A stretch of 64,000 nt of DNA from NCBI GenBank assembly GCA_963701095.1, contig OY969564.1, positions 1,344,001 to 1,408,000 of the forward strand. Reading direction: 5' to 3'. A model generated the notes under the pieces. The model searched no databases. It saw only the letters and a list, made by a program, of their open reading frames with translations, and was not told the DNA's origin. The translations under genes were made by a program, and so were the position numbers. How positions within the stretch are numbered: position 1 is the first letter of the stretch; each line of letters begins with the position of its first letter. This DNA is from an uncultured Methanoregulaceae archaeon. GTDB taxonomy: Archaea > Halobacteriota > Methanomicrobia > Methanomicrobiales > Methanospirillaceae. Below are positions 61,931-64,000 of the stretch, piece by piece.

Positions 61931-62962
61931 TTAAGGAATAAACGCTTCCCCACCCATACGCACGCGCCACTCATTAACCAGGTTGGAACCCTCTGTTTTG
62001 TTCCCCTTATCGAAGATATCGATTGCGGCAACCGGATGCGCATCCCGGGGTATTACGCGATCCAAGCACCTAAGATCGCCCTGGTAGACTTCAATCACTT
62101 GTCTTCCTGATGTTTCGGCAATTTTTACCGGGTCCCGTATTACCGGGGTAAGGGCCATATCCTGGAGGGTTCTGAGGATATGGACTTTGTCAATATCCAG
62201 GTACACATGGTTGACTTCAAGGTTGAATGCCGACCAGAACGCAGATGCGTACCAGGCATCGTTCAGGATAACATGTCTGACTCCAAAACACGCGGCCGCG
62301 AGACCAAGCGTGCCCGAGCCCGAACAGGCGTCGACAAAGAAGGGGACCGACGGGATTCCCAGGTGAGTGGCTACTGAACGCAATTTGGGATAACCTGCGC
62401 GAGGGAATTCTACATGAATGAGAGACTGCTGCTTGTATATGACAAGAGGACCGGTGGCAAGCGGGTAAATATCGGCCCTGACATCGCAGCCGGCAAGCAA
62501 TGTATAGACATGTGGGGGTTTGCTGGGATCAAATGATACAAGGCCGGGAATATAGGATGCAGTTTTTACGACCCCTCGTACTTCGGGAACTTCAGAAACG
62601 ATCCTCCGGGCCGCTTTCTCACGGACTTTTCCGGATAAAAGGAGCAGGGATTTTGCTGGGAGAAACGGTGGCCGGTCCATCACCATCCCGGGATGGATGA
62701 GCGGTGATCCTACAGCAAGAAGGGGATCGTGGGAGGTGAGATCGCCTTCTTCTTGCATAATAACGTACATATGTGCAAAAACTTCGTCGATAAACCGTTT
62801 TCCGCAGGAACAGGGTTGGCCATACTCTGGCAAAAGAAGTGGAGCGCGTTTATCGCGTACCAGCATTCTGCATTTCTTGCAGGGAAGAAATTTCGCGGGA
62901 AGATCCCGGAGGATCTCCGGTGCTGATTCTACACAATCACTACCGCACGCGGGACACTCCAT
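61931..62962 (-). CDS. Putative SAM-dependent methyltransferase with Cys-rich N-terminal domain
   Basis: CPACGSDC, CKKC, CSCG; FVDACSGSGTLG motif I followed by VILNDAW. Confidence 0.7.
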   Translation of the reverse strand: MECPACGSDCVESAPEILRDLPAKFLPCKKCRMLVRDKRAPLLLPEYGQPCSCGKRFIDEVFAHMYVIMQEEGDLTSHDPLLAVGSPLIHPGMVMDRPPFLPAKSLLLLSGKVREKAARRIVSEVPEVRGVVKTASYIPGLVSFDPSKPPHVYTLLAGCDVRADIYPLATGPLVIYKQQSLIHVEFPRAGYPKLRSVATHLGIPSVPFFVDACSGSGTLGLAAACFGVRHVILNDAWYASAFWSAFNLEVNHVYLDIDKVHILRTLQDMALTPVIRDPVKIAETSGRQVIEVYQGDLRCLDRVIPRDAHPVAAIDIFDKGNKTEGSNLVNEWRVRMGGEAFIP

Positions 62963-63086
62963 AAAGGTTGCTGGTTTCTTCTGCCATAGAAACTTTGCCA
63001 AATGCACTTAAAAAAAGATACAGGCAAGTATCGCAGAAAAATCTGATAGGTACAAAATCTCGAAAAGAGTTAGAGCGAAGATCTAA

Positions 63087-63161
63087 TGGGCCTGATGCGA
63101 TTCGAACGCATGACCGCCCGGTTATGAGCCGGGCGCTCTAACCGGACTGAGCTACAGGCCC
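63087..63161 (-). tRNA. tRNA with CAT anticodon, probably tRNA-Ile2
   Basis: Anticodon arm CCCGG-CTCATAA-CCGGG; acceptor GGGCCTG and T-arm nearly identical to tRNA-Ile(GAT) at 54552; no intron. Confidence 0.9.
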
Positions 63162-63166
63162 ATAAG

Positions 63167-63239
63167 CGCCGCCAACAGGACTCGAACCTGTGACATGCTG
63201 GTTAACAGCCAGCCACTCTACCAACTGAGTTATGGCGGC
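63167..63239 (-). tRNA. tRNA-Asn(GTT)
   Basis: Acceptor GCCGCCA/TGGCGGC, anticodon arm GCTGG-CTGTTAA-CCAGC. Confidence 0.96.
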
Positions 63240-63373
63240 AACAGTTTCCTGCGTCTTAATAGATTCTTTGTGAGGCTTTTTAAAGGTAACGAAGGTGGGA
63301 TCAAACCATCCCGGTTCCACCAGAATCACGGAGCACGAATAATGCAACGGAGAATCTGTGGCGGAATTACCGG

Positions 63374-63658
63374 TCAGGGTCTTTTCATCGCGTTTACGAG
63401 GCTTACGATATCATCAAGATCCTCGTTTAAATGTGCAAAGAGTTCCCGGGTCTGACTGGTTGCAACCGCCCCCTCCGAGGATGCGCGGATATACCCAAAC
63501 TGCTCAAGCACATGAAGGGAATACCGTACCCGGTGAGTGGGGAGGTTGAGAATCTCAGAGAGTTTCATAATACCGATTGGCTGGAACTCCGCAACTGCCC
63601 GGGCCACTTCGATATGCCGGCTGAGAAGCTCAATCTCCTCCTTCATTCTCTTGAGCAT
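63374..63658 (-). CDS. Small winged-helix hypothetical protein
   Basis: RH..V...PIGIMKLSE..NLP.HRVRYSL.VLEQ.G.I..S..GA. Confidence 0.8.
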   Translation of the reverse strand: MLKRMKEEIELLSRHIEVARAVAEFQPIGIMKLSEILNLPTHRVRYSLHVLEQFGYIRASSEGAVATSQTRELFAHLNEDLDDIVSLVNAMKRP

Positions 63659-63701
63659 GCTATCGCCGCGGTACTATCCGCTCCCTCATGTATACTGCAC
63701 C

Positions 63702-63929
63702 TTAATGCTCATCAAGCCATGCCTTAGTCAAACGGTAATTAATGATAAAGTTCCAGGAAAGGACAAGCGCAAGGGCAAGTATGACAATTACGGCAGCAAG
63801 CCGGTACGTGGTCGGGACAAGGAAATACGAGACTATCGCGAGTGCAACGAGCAGGATAATTGCATTGAGCTCGACAGCCAGCCGGTAGAATTTCCACTTA
63901 AACTGTTCTTTTGCAGTTTCATCCATCAC
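63702..63929 (-). CDS. Small two-TM membrane protein
   Basis: 75-aa ORF with two hydrophobic helices. Confidence 0.65.
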   Translation of the reverse strand: MMDETAKEQFKWKFYRLAVELNAIILLVALAIVSYFLVPTTYRLAAVIVILALALVLSWNFIINYRLTKAWLDEH

Positions 63930-64000
63930 TCGTACGTTGACGCGGAAATAAAAGTACTTGACGTTTCAGTGCGTAATTGTATGGCAATGGATCTACTGGA

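Noticed and set aside
61393..61934. Protein ORFs upstream of mdh in the ORF track
   Set aside because: They overlap the SRP RNA gene

Overview
Core chromosome of a hydrogenotrophic methanogen, most likely Methanomicrobiales (Methanoregula-like; inferred from the mtrA plus mtrA-mtrG fusion layout and the PGF-CTERM S-layer protein). In order: end of the mcr operon (mcrC-G-A); a DUF169 / SPASM radical SAM / VOC insert; the full mtr operon; a few accessory genes; the large ribosomal protein operon (rpl3 to secY-adk-cmk, minus strand) preceded by a ~520-nt, hairpin-dense non-coding region; tfx, mtd, a GalT-like gene and mer; a degenerate tubulin/CetZ homologue; an NrpR-like regulator; AMP phosphorylase; the S-layer gene; thyA; fibrillarin, Nop5 and Cbf5; an orphan DNA methyltransferase; iorAB; a methylthiotransferase; nadX-nadC; EF-1beta; mdh; SRP RNA; six tRNAs. 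No mobile element, CRISPR array or prophage was seen. Nine genes, several essential, carry single-base frameshifts. Eight of the nine lie at GTAC or AGCT, which looks like methylation-driven basecalling error rather than pseudogenisation. Best novelty candidates are the structured region upstream of rpl3, the inferred methylation footprint with its orphan methyltransferase, the radical SAM cassette between mcr and mtr, and the tubulin homologue lacking the GTP-binding signature. All product calls are by eye from motifs and synteny; no searches were run.
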